Source: Neophaeotheca triangularis (Eukaryota). Taken from it: DNA of 64,000 nt. The notes beneath the pieces are model-generated. The model worked only from the letters and a program-made list of their open reading frames with translations. It searched no databases and was not told the DNA's origin. The stretch is from contig BAAIJX010000013.1 of the NCBI GenBank assembly GCA_054600435.1, forward strand, positions 248,001-312,000. Reading direction: 5' to 3'. Shown here in pieces: positions 44,457 through 54,800 of the stretch. Within the stretch, counting starts at the first letter, position 1; every line of letters starts with the position of its first letter. Made by a program: the position numbers and the translations under genes.

Positions 44457-47426
44457 ATGACACCACCGAGCGCCGCGGGCAGGCGCTTTTATCAGGCTTT
44501 CTATCAATGGACCCTCTCGAATGCCGCTAGCTCTAGCTCCAGAGCAAGAAACACAAGCCATATAAACGCCTCCGAGCATGGCGCTTATTTCCACAGCTAT
44601 GCAGTCGCGCGCATGCCATGGGGCCTTGAACAGGAGCCCACGAAAAGCGAGCCGCTGGAAAGCGAGCTCGCGAAGAACGAGCTATCGAATACTCGCAAAA
44701 GATTCGTCCTAGACCGCGAAGCCCTTGCAGCCTTTCGCGCTAAGAGGAGGAGAAACATGGAACAATTAATCCTTTCACTTGATTGCAAAATGTCAAAAGG
44801 ACAAAATCGAAGAACCACTGGACGTACAACACCGCTACGCGCTACAAGCATTGCTGTTCGCGGGAATCCAGAGGCGTTGGAAAAAGCGAGGGTGGAATTC
44901 CAACGCTCTGCCGATCAGTGGTGTCAAGAACTGGGCATTGCGCCGACTAAAGTGATGCTTGAGGATGATCTAAACAAGGAGAATGGGACGAACAGGGAAG
45001 AGCAAGACGTCGCAGCACACTCGGTGTCAGAGAACAATGGCGCAAAAGCAAAAGCAAAAGCAAGCAATCGACGCGTTCATGCATCAGCGGCTGCGCCGCC
45101 CGCTGCAGAGAAGCCTACGAGTACCTCGAGCACGAGAACGCCAAGTACGCCGGTCACTGCATCAATCTCCGAGGAGGCTGCTGTATTTTGCATACCCAGC
45201 ACATTTGCTGACCACTTCAAACTCAACGACTTCGGTGCTTTGCTTGCAGCGCGTATCACCTCCGGATGTTCTTCAATAGTTCTCAACGAACCTGGAGAAA
45301 AGACATTTTCCACGATTCGCATTCGTGCTGTTGGCACTGCCCAGGCTATATCTTTGGCGCAGCAGAATCTGCAGCGTATTGTCTCTCAAGTATGTCGCGA
45401 CAGAAGCATAGAGGATGTTGCCATTCACGCGGAGCGCGAAGACAAGTACGAGGCGAAGCTCGCGAGGGCAGTAAAAGGGTTGCGGGTTGCGTTACAGAGT
45501 CTCAGAAACCCCGTCGCTGTGCTCACAACCGGCCCGAGATCGGAATCTGGCGTCAAAAGCGATACTCAAACCTCGACAGGAGAGTCACGCTTCGCCAATT
45601 GCCACGGTGTCACCATATCCTCGCTCAGCGCCGTAGCCCTTTCTCCGTATCCAATCATCTCCTTCAATCTCGCCGCGAACTCGCGAACTTACGCTGCACT
45701 ACAGTTAAGAGAAGAATTTAAGCTTCACTTCCTTTCGGCGACGCCTCTGGGCGCCAAAATTGCCGAAGCTTTTACGAAACCCTACGAGCACTCGTATACG
45801 CCTTTCGAAGAGCTCGGCGAAGGGGTCACGATTGATTATTATCCTCCGAAATTCACCGTGCCTAGGCTCGGGGGCCGGGGAATATTAAGAGTCCTGCGAG
45901 GTACGATGAGACCAAATCTTAAACCGAGGGAAGACTTTATTCCACTGCCCAAACCTGTGCGATTTGGTGATAAGGTCGTTGTCTTTGCAAGGATATCATT
46001 CGTTGAGCCATCCAAGTGGGTCAAGGAGGAGGATCATCACGTGGAGTTTGATGGTCAAGAGGCACTGGGATATGCAGCTGGGAAATTTCGGGGTTTCGGG
46101 GGTATCATCACGCCCGGGGTCGGGAAAGGAGGGGATGTAGAGAACCCGGTGCCCACGGATACGGGTTCATGGCAGGCTCAAGAGGGGAAGGTCGAGGCCA
46201 AGGAAGCTGAAAAGCAACCAGAGCTGGACTGTGATAGTGATGATTTTCTGGGAGTTGTGGAGGACCAGTTGGCGGGTGCAGGAGAGCGGCAGGAACACGT
46301 GGTCAAGCACGGTGAGTTTGGAAAAGCTGAGCAGCAAGATGCGAGCGTGGAAGACGTGGCTACGTCTTCGCTGGCCGTTCAAGCTCAAGAAGGTTTAGGA
46401 TCTGGGGGACAAATCGTTGCGTCGGAGAGTGACAGCCAGTCACAAGCCCTTCACGCATCATCCATTGAGCAATTGAACGATTCGGTTGCAGAAGAAAACC
46501 CCAGCGAGCAAGACTGGGTTGATCTCGCGTCGTTGGATCAGCAGCTAGACTTGAGACCGGGAGAAGCAACGCAGCAATCGGCGCTTTCAACAGAAAAGTC
46601 GATACCAAGCGAGCGTGCAGCTGGCAAAAGGAGCCTGAACTTCAATACGCTCCCTGAGCACGTTTCCGCTCCAACGCAATCATTCGATGAGGCATTACGA
46701 CCCGCGCCCTCGGAAACAGTCAGACCTGCCAGAATGCCCTCTGCGCCTATGTTCACGATTCCTAGCAGACCAACCCCCAAATCTAACCAAGCGCATTTCG
46801 GTCTCGACCCAGAATCCACGCCTCAACGCTCATTTTCCACCTCCGCACAACGCCTCTTCCTCGACAGATTACGCCCACGCGCACCTGAACCTTCAAACAC
46901 AGAGCCAGACGTAAAGCATCAAACGGTAGCGGAGTTCTTCGGACCTACCCTACACAGCCGCCCCCCACCCCGAACCCGCCACATTTTCAACTCTCGCCGT
47001 ATTATCGACGAAAGCAGCGCAGCAATCGAGGAACTCGCCGCTTTGCACCCTACCACTCCCACCGAGAGTGAAGAAATCAACCAGCAAGTAACTTCTCTTC
47101 AAGAAAAGATTGCAATCCACACCCGTCGCATTACTCGCACTCTGGCCAAAAACTCCGCCATAGACTTACGGGCTATGCTGGACACTGGCGCACTTAACCA
47201 CCGCCTCATCGAGTACATGGAGCGCCAGGTGGGAGAGGGTTTGAACGTCGCCAAAGAGGACGCAGAACGTGCGAGGTCGGCTCTGGAGAGGGGAGAGCTG
47301 GATAGGGCCACTTTTGAGCTCATTAAGCAGAGGGTGCTGGCCGACTACACGGCTTTGGCGGCAGAGCTGGCGCGGCTTCGGCAGGTTGTCGAGGAAGAAA
47401 TTGATGACATTGATGAGGAGGATTGA
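44457..47426 (+). CDS. Large, probably mitochondrial protein with a central flavin-reductase-like (split-barrel) domain and KH-like segments
   Basis: Long ORF from ATG 44457. LR..L.SLRNPVAVLTT...HGVTISSL.AVALSPYPIISFN....SRT..AL....F..HFL matches Flavin_Reduct-type fungal proteins. Confidence 0.7.
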   Translation: MTPPSAAGRRFYQAFYQWTLSNAASSSSRARNTSHINASEHGAYFHSYAVARMPWGLEQEPTKSEPLESELAKNELSNTRKRFVLDREALAAFRAKRRRNMEQLILSLDCKMSKGQNRRTTGRTTPLRATSIAVRGNPEALEKARVEFQRSADQWCQELGIAPTKVMLEDDLNKENGTNREEQDVAAHSVSENNGAKAKAKASNRRVHASAAAPPAAEKPTSTSSTRTPSTPVTASISEEAAVFCIPSTFADHFKLNDFGALLAARITSGCSSIVLNEPGEKTFSTIRIRAVGTAQAISLAQQNLQRIVSQVCRDRSIEDVAIHAEREDKYEAKLARAVKGLRVALQSLRNPVAVLTTGPRSESGVKSDTQTSTGESRFANCHGVTISSLSAVALSPYPIISFNLAANSRTYAALQLREEFKLHFLSATPLGAKIAEAFTKPYEHSYTPFEELGEGVTIDYYPPKFTVPRLGGRGILRVLRGTMRPNLKPREDFIPLPKPVRFGDKVVVFARISFVEPSKWVKEEDHHVEFDGQEALGYAAGKFRGFGGIITPGVGKGGDVENPVPTDTGSWQAQEGKVEAKEAEKQPELDCDSDDFLGVVEDQLAGAGERQEHVVKHGEFGKAEQQDASVEDVATSSLAVQAQEGLGSGGQIVASESDSQSQALHASSIEQLNDSVAEENPSEQDWVDLASLDQQLDLRPGEATQQSALSTEKSIPSERAAGKRSLNFNTLPEHVSAPTQSFDEALRPAPSETVRPARMPSAPMFTIPSRPTPKSNQAHFGLDPESTPQRSFSTSAQRLFLDRLRPRAPEPSNTEPDVKHQTVAEFFGPTLHSRPPPRTRHIFNSRRIIDESSAAIEELAALHPTTPTESEEINQQVTSLQEKIAIHTRRITRTLAKNSAIDLRAMLDTGALNHRLIEYMERQVGEGLNVAKEDAERARSALERGELDRATFELIKQRVLADYTALAAELARLRQVVEEEIDDIDEED

Positions 47427-48026
47427 TTGCGTGGTTCTGATCCGTGGGGATTGCACCAGGGCTCAGTGAACTGCTGCCGTTTTGCATCAAGAAGTGGACG
47501 GGTTCTGCTATCCGAGCCGATTCAGACTCCAACATCTGCCGCGCTGCATACTTCCAGACTGCGCCGTCACTTTGGAGCCGCTGCCGAGCTTCGAAGGTCC
47601 GCCAGAGACAGGAGTGAGCTCGCGCCGGGATCTCAAATCCAGACCTTCGCGAGCGAGGGTACCAATGGGCCAATACGGACAATGCACTTCTCATGGCTGC
47701 TTCTGTTTTAACGGCTTCCTGAGTATAATAAACCGTATGGCGGCCTGCCTCGACAACGACGTCCTTCACGATCGCTGTACTACAAGCATTGTTGGCCCCA
47801 GACTCTGAGGGCGACAAAAAATCCGAGAAGGTGCCCGTGCTGGAGGCACTCGGTTCCTGGTGGCATCAAAGGCGCATTCCTCTTGTTCCTAATCAACGGA
47901 GCCTTGGCATTAGCACGGAGCTTCTGAAAGGACCATGCTCCGCTCGGTTCGACAGTCAGGGAAGGGAAAGGAAAGACACAGCATCTATAGCAATATTTTC
48001 CGACCATCAAACCTGCAGTCTATGTC

Positions 48027-48486
48027 TTATCAGCTCACACTCATTATGTCCAATTTCTTTGCAAGGGCCCCGGGCAACAGTTCAAACGCCATGCCTCACG
48101 GCCTTAAAATCACCCGCCACTCACCACAACGCACTCTGACATTGATGGCGCTCACTCCCTCCCTTGGCAATGCTTCTCACATCCTCGCACGTGTGTGTAT
48201 TCAGCCGCCTACAAATGTCGATAAGACGGTTGGCTGATAGCCTCCGCCAAGACCTCAAACTGCATCCTTATCTCGACCGTGCTTCGACACGGACTTTACC
48301 TCTTGCTACCCCTTATCTTTGACCGCAGCAACTTCCACGCAATTACATGCCATGCCGGCAGCGACGTGCGGAAGATCTGTCATGTTTTCGTTTCTCCGGA
48401 CGACCTTGCTCGATCGCGGCGCAGATAAGGTTTCCATTGTGTCACTGTCTTCTCTTGAACTACGTTTGTAGATGTCGTCTCTATCT
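48027..48486. promoter_or_regulatory. Cluster of seven HGATAR sites upstream of the FNT gene
   Basis: Sites at about 48027(-), 48219(+), 48235(+), 48268(-), 48313(-), 48423(+) and 48481(-). Confidence 0.55.
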
Positions 48487-48852
48487 TGCTAATCATTTGG
48501 GGAATTGATACCTACGAACGAGACCACTTGATTGGGGTAAACTGGACCTGTTGCAATCTGGGGGAATGCAGAGAAAGTGGGTTATCCCGCAGTTTCGCGC
48601 GACCCATAGCTGGAGGTCGGATGTCAACGATTATTTGGGTAGTTGCGTTGAGCCTTCGGTCGTCGTCGTCGAGCAGCTTTGACGTGAGCCCAGATGACAA
48701 GAAAAGTGCTGGCCCCGGTCTTAGTCTACTTCATAGTTGGTAGTAAGTATCCATCTTCGCCCTCTGCTCTTGCAGTGGTTGATTTGCGCTCTTGCTTCCA
48801 ACTCTCTCTTCCTCTCGCCCCTCTCTCCTGTACGCGTTACGCCAACGTCAAG

Positions 48853-49884
48853 ATGCACATGCAAGTCGTTCACAACCACTACACGCCCAAGGAGGCCACG
48901 GAGATGGCCTCCCGGGCCGGCGTGACCAAGGCCAACATGCGGTTGGACAAGATGTTCTTCAGCTCTTTTCTAGCAGGGTGTCTTCTCTCCTTTGCCTGCG
49001 CGGCTGTTCTGGTTGTCAACTCGTCGCCGTGGTATCAGGAGAATGCGCCGGGCTTGATCCGTATGATCGGGGCCTTGATCTTTCCCTTCGGGCTCGTGAC
49101 CATCATTTTGACCGGTGCCGACTTGTAAGTTGGTCCCAGTAGGCACTTCGGTGCCAAACTAACAGCAATACGCCAGATGCACCGGCAGTTTCCTCTTCAC
49201 AACACTGGCAACACTACACGGGCGCCTCTCGCCGTTAAAAATGCTCATCCACTGGGCCGTGACCTTCTTCGGCAACCTCGCAGGCTCCCTCTTCATCATG
49301 GCTCTGATCACCGGCTACGGCGGCACCCTCTCGGACCCAATCTTCAAAGAGCAAACAACCTCCTTCGCAATAAGCAAAGTCGTCAACCCAGACTGGCATC
49401 AAATCTTCCTCCGCGGTATCGGTGCAAACTGGCTAGTATGCTTGGCTTGCTATCTGGCGTTCATGGCGCGTGAGTACTTCAGCAAAGTCATGGCCATGTG
49501 GTGGCCGACATTTGCCTTCGTCACCCTGGCCTTTGACCACGTTGTCGCGAACATGTTTTTCGTGCCCGCGGCGATTTTTGCGGGTGCGCCGGAGATATCG
49601 GTGGGCTATTACATCTGGAAGAGCTTGATACCGTCCCTGATTGGCAATATTGTCGGAGGTGGCCTTTTTGTGAGTAATCTTTCCCGTCAAGGCTGTCCTG
49701 GCGTGGCAAGGCTAACGATATCCTTCAGGTCGGGGTAATGTACTGGTACATGTACCTTGAGGGTGACTCGAACCCGATCGCGGTGGATGGTGCTGTGTTT
49801 GGCGAGCAGAAGCCTCTGCTTGGGCGAAACGCCGATATAAGTCCTGCTGACACGAACGGGAGGAACTCCAAGGAAGAGGTCTGA
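48853..49884 (+). CDS. Formate/nitrite transporter (FNT family); exons 48853-49124, 49177-49669, 49729-49884
   Basis: FPFGLV.IILTGADLCTGSF, FFGNLAGSLF, FLRGIGANWLVCLA, FDHVVANMFF and GNIVGG; two canonical introns. Confidence 0.92.
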
Positions 49885-50419
49885 GGGGGTTTTGGGAACG
49901 CTTTACGTAGCTCCACGAGCGCAATGAACGTACCTAGTTGTGTGTAATAACGGGAGAGCATATATTCCAACGTCACTTTCGCCCCCGCGAGCAACTTGGT
50001 CGATCAACGTTTTTCATGCGGTGTACCTCTGATGGCTTCAAACGTCCCTACCAGCTATCTAGCCCGGCCAGAAATTTGGACAAGCCTGCGATCTTAGCTG
50101 CTGAAATTGTACAAACAGGTTTGCAACCGAAAGACCCCTTATTGAGGAAAAGCACACACTGCTTTTCCCACGTCAAATATAGTCTTGAAGAAACCAAATA
50201 CAACACAAGGAGGGAGACATGAGGCAATATCGGCCGACTTTGCGGACACTGCGGGTAAGGCGGTATCCCACACAGCCCAAGTAAAAGACTGGGTTAATAA
50301 AAAAAATCCAACGTTGACTGTGCAGGCTCTCGCAGTGCAAAGTCTAATCTCTCAGCCCAATTGCCCGTTAAAGCAGGCAAGTGAGTGGATCGAGCAAAAA
50401 GAATGAGCAAAAAGTGATG

Positions 50420-50523
50420 TCTCCCCTCCCGGGTTCGAACCAGGGACCTTGAGATAACAGGTTTCTAGACCTGCTAACTTGAGCAATTACAGTCTCACGC
50501 TCTTCCAACTGAGCTAAGGAGAG
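50420..50523 (-). tRNA. tRNA-Tyr(GTA) with a 31-nt intron (50456-50486)
   Basis: Acceptor stem CTCTCCT/AGGGGAG, D arm GCTC-AGTTGGAA-GAGC, anticodon arm TGAGA-CTGTAA[intron]A-TCTCA and T arm CCTGG-TTCGAAC-CCGGG, followed by an oligo-T terminator. Mature length 73 nt. Confidence 0.95.
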
Positions 50524-51804
50524 TGAATTGGTGGAAAGTGAATATAGCAAAATGTATATAATTGCTTGCAACTTCCAGCCAAAGTCTACGCGCGTCCAGT
50601 TCACAGTCTACCCACACGTCCCCTTCGCCCATGCGTGGATGGACTACTTGTCTGGTTGAGTGTGGTCGAGTAATAAACAACAAGGATATCTGTTATTAAA
50701 ATTGCGCACTACCTCGACGCAATCCTAGGGCATCCCAACCCAAGCATCAGGTACTATTCCCAACAGCCTTCCTCAAAACATAGGCAAGCCTTTCGGTTCC
50801 AGCACTTGAGGTCGTCCTTGTCATCACGCATTACCGCGACGCGAGCGACCTCACAAGTCCAAAGCAAGGGTGAGAGTTTGAGTGCGAAGTGACCTTTTGC
50901 AGTTCGCTGGCTCGATACATACATAACTTATATACACAGGTGTGTATGTAAGACCACTCGCTGTGTGATTATTCCCATCTAACAATCGTCGTATCGACAC
51001 TCTCGACAAGGGAGTGTTTGGTAAGATACAAGTTGTGGATTTGGTGAGGGAGTAGTATTTACCTGGACCGGACCACGGGCAACAGCTTGATCAGATCTGC
51101 TAGACAGGGGAGAGTAAAGGTATGAAGCCACCTTTGACCTGTAGACCCATGGGGTCCCGCCTGCTAGATGCCATAATGCCTTTTAAAGATACCCGTCGAC
51201 ATTATTACCAAACCGAACCACAACATCGTCAACCGAGCTGAAAAGCACATTCACAACCACCACCAAACCACAGACCAAGAAACACACCATTTGTTCGAAA
51301 AAGCTTCGAATTTGGGAAAAGAGCTATATAAACAATCCAGTTCATCTAAAGAGAAAAACTGAATAGAGGATCAGTCGCCCCGACCCATAACAGCCATGTT
51401 GCCCCATCGCACGCTCCATATCAAGATAAAAAAAAAGCCCGGATTAAAAAACGCCACCCCTGTAGCCCATGACCAATGTCTAATTCTAAAACCAACTACT
51501 GCAAAATGCAGTGTATCTGCTCCTCCTGCACGACATGCACTCGTTCTCACCCTCCCGATGACACGCACACAAGCGAACGGTGCGGCCGAAAAGGGTGAGC
51601 GAAAAGGGAGAAGAGGGTTGTGACTGCTGCTGCTTTGGTAGACATTCGCTGAAGAGGCGTCGAATCCATGCTTCGTTCGCCCGGCGAGTCGTGCTGATTA
51701 CTATTCGCTCCGCCCAAGCCGGCGCAGGGCGGAAAAGCTGTTTGTACATTTTTTTTTCGTCGTCGCTTGCGTGCTTATAACGGACAATTTCGTGAGCCCA
51801 ACGT

Positions 51805-54800
51805 TTAGCTGGTGTAGTAGTTGAGAATAGCCCTGCGGACCTTGTCGGCGCTGTCGGTTTCTTGGGGGCCATCTGCACCTAGAGGTCCGGCACCAGTTGC
51901 TTCGCCAGTGGTATCGTTGTTATCCCACGTCGTCGGCTGTTGCAACTCGAAGACGTCGAGCGAGGGCACGTCCATAAAGTTGGAGACAATTACGGGGCCG
52001 GCGACAAGGACCAGGAAGAGGATGAACATGGTAAAGAAGAGAATGGCGTAGCGGATAACACGACGACGGCGGAGCTTGGACTGCTTCAGCGAGTAAATTG
52101 GGGGGCGGATTTGACGGCTGAGAAGAGAGTGTTAGTGAATCTGAGTGGTTGCGTGGATGGAAGCAACGTACCTTGGCCTCAACCAGAAGAGCATGACCGA
52201 GTGGAACTTGTCAACGTATGGGATGAGCAAGACCGGGATCATAAAGAACAGAAGCAGATGGCCCAAGCAAAAGTCGGCAGCGAAGAAACCCATCTCGGTA
52301 ATCTTGCACAGGAATTCACGCCCGGGTTGCGAGACTGAGTGCCAGCCCATAGTGTACCACTTGCCAGTCCACCAAGCGATGTTGGAGGTATCGGCACGGA
52401 ATTCTCTCGTCAGAGCCAGAACGACAATGAGCTTGTAGACGAAACGCTGGATAGCGATGGCCGCAATCATGCCCAAAAGTGTCTTGGTGAAGTTCCAGCT
52501 TTGAAGCAGGTACATGGCCTCGAAGAAGGCGAGGAGGGCAATGACCGCAATGGCGTGCGCAATGGCGGCCAGGACAGCGCCAAACTTCTTGCAGCACATG
52601 CTAAAGAGCGGACCCATACAGCATGCCATACCGAAGAAGCCAATGGCAACACCAGCGTTGACACCAATAGGGCCGAAGGCGACAATGGCGATACGAATGA
52701 GAGAGTTGGTGGCTTCCGGTACGGAGCCGCCGTTGTTTTCCGCCGTCACACCAGCACCGGAGTTGATGAAGAGGTATGGCAGGAGGGTGACAGCGACCAG
52801 GAGAAGCGGGCCGAGAATCTCCGCGAAGAAAACATTTGTGATCTTTGCGCGAGGGGTGTCTCCTGACAGCTTAGCAGAAGGCTCTCCAAGCGCCTTGCGC
52901 TTGAAACCAGTCAGCCTAGTACGCGAAAGACGAACGAAGCCGATCCATGAAGCGGTATGGGCCTTGGTGTTTCCACGAGACAGCCAGCGCAAGAACTCGC
53001 GGTAGTCGATGAAGAAATCGGACCACGAGAACTGGTGGGGGTTGAAGAGGAAGGGCGCAATGCAGAGAGCGGTGAGCGCAACCCAGAACCAGAGCAGCCA
53101 GTAGCCCCAGACTGTCAGCGTCCCGAAGAGAAGCATGAGCAGTAGGCGAGCACCGAAGTAGATTGATGGACCAGCGAATCGCGAGTAGAGGATACCGAAA
53201 GGCATGCGAGCGGTGGCGAAACCACGTCCGGTACCGATGTAGCGGGCACCACCGTACGACAAGTTGGTCTGGATGGAGTAGGCGTAGATCTGACACACAA
53301 ACATCTCGAACAATGGCGAAAGAGAAGAGAAGTGCTTTGCCAAACGAGTAGCAGCGCGCCAGAATCCGCGCTCCGTAAGTTCCTGGATCGTGAGCGGCAC
53401 GAAAGAAATGAAGAAGACGATGAAGATCGACACGATACAACGCTGGACCCAATCCATGATGGGAACAATATTCGCACATCCAGTAGGGTAAAGCGGGTCG
53501 GTGGCAGGGACGTCTCTGTTGTAGCGACAGACGATAGTCTCGTTGCGGAGGGCGCCGAGGTTGAGCAAGCACCACATGAACATTTGCATTGACAACATAA
53601 TGAAGATGTTGTTGACGTGGAAGCCAGGGTGAGCAAAGTAGAACGAGAGGAAGCGGTCCAAGGGAAGCTGAGTGCCGAGATAGTAGTACTCGCGAGAGAG
53701 CATCTGCTCGCCCATACCAGTGCCAATCTTGGTTGTAAAGTTAAGAATCGAACCGAAGCCCAAGTCACGACCCTTGCCACACTGGTAGTACTCGCAGTGC
53801 TTGATGCGACCACCACGAAGGAGAGCTGTCATACCGGCGTAGATATCCTCGTTCAGGTGCAGTCCCTTTTGTGCCTTGGAGACACCACCACGGGTGGCCA
53901 TATAGGTAGCGTTCAGGAAATCCGGGTGGCCGTAGTGGAGCTTGCCACCGATCTGAGCCAGAGTACGAGCGAAGAGGGTACCGAACGTCTGTTCCTTTCC
54001 GGCCGCGACGTCACCGAGGATACCGATGTTCTCGGAGAAGATGTATTCACGGGCACCAAGGATGGCGACAGGGTTGAAATTAGTAGCCGGTACGCCAGGA
54101 GTGTAGGGAGAAACGTTGTCAGTGGTCATTTCTTCGAATTCGGCCAGGACCGAGCGAATCTTCAAACACTCTTCGAGGTAGTTGTCCTGGTTAGCGTCGA
54201 TAAGCTGAATGTACTCGCCCCGGTAGAAGATCAAGGCGTGATTCTGGTTGTCAGATTTTCCGTCGCCAAGAATAGGGTTACCGGACAGCAGAATACGGAA
54301 CTTAGGACGACGCATGCCATTATCGAGAAGCTCGGAGTGGCCGTCAATGAGAGCGGAGTAGATGCGCGGGTCTTCGCCTTCGTTGAGCGGGGGCTCCTCG
54401 TCCAGGTAGGCGATTTGAAGGTCGGGATAGGCACGGAGAAGAAACTCGGCGTTCTCACGCTCCTCCTTGGTGAACTTGGCGTAACGCTGCATGGCAACAC
54501 AGATCTTGAACTTGCGGCGGGCCATGCGCTCGAGCTCACGCTCAAGCTTATCAGAGTTACCACCGAACATCTGAACGACCTCCGGGTTCTCAACGCGGTA
54601 CAAGAGCTTGATGGCGCGGCTGTAGTTCATGAAACCAGAGATTGTGCGGTAGAGAGTCTGCGAGCGGAGAGACGCCCAAATACGGGTGCGAAGGGTGTAC
54701 TCAGGAGCGGCGGACTTGAAGCCAATACAGTAGAACGGCAGGTCGTCGATCTTGCTCTTTGCGGTGTCCTTCTCGTTCTTCTCGGCCTCCCCATTGAATT

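Noticed and set aside
1399..49884. oxdC (makes formate) and the FNT transporter as one cluster
   Set aside because: They are about 46 kb apart with many unrelated housekeeping genes between them, and the FNT promoter points to GATA control.
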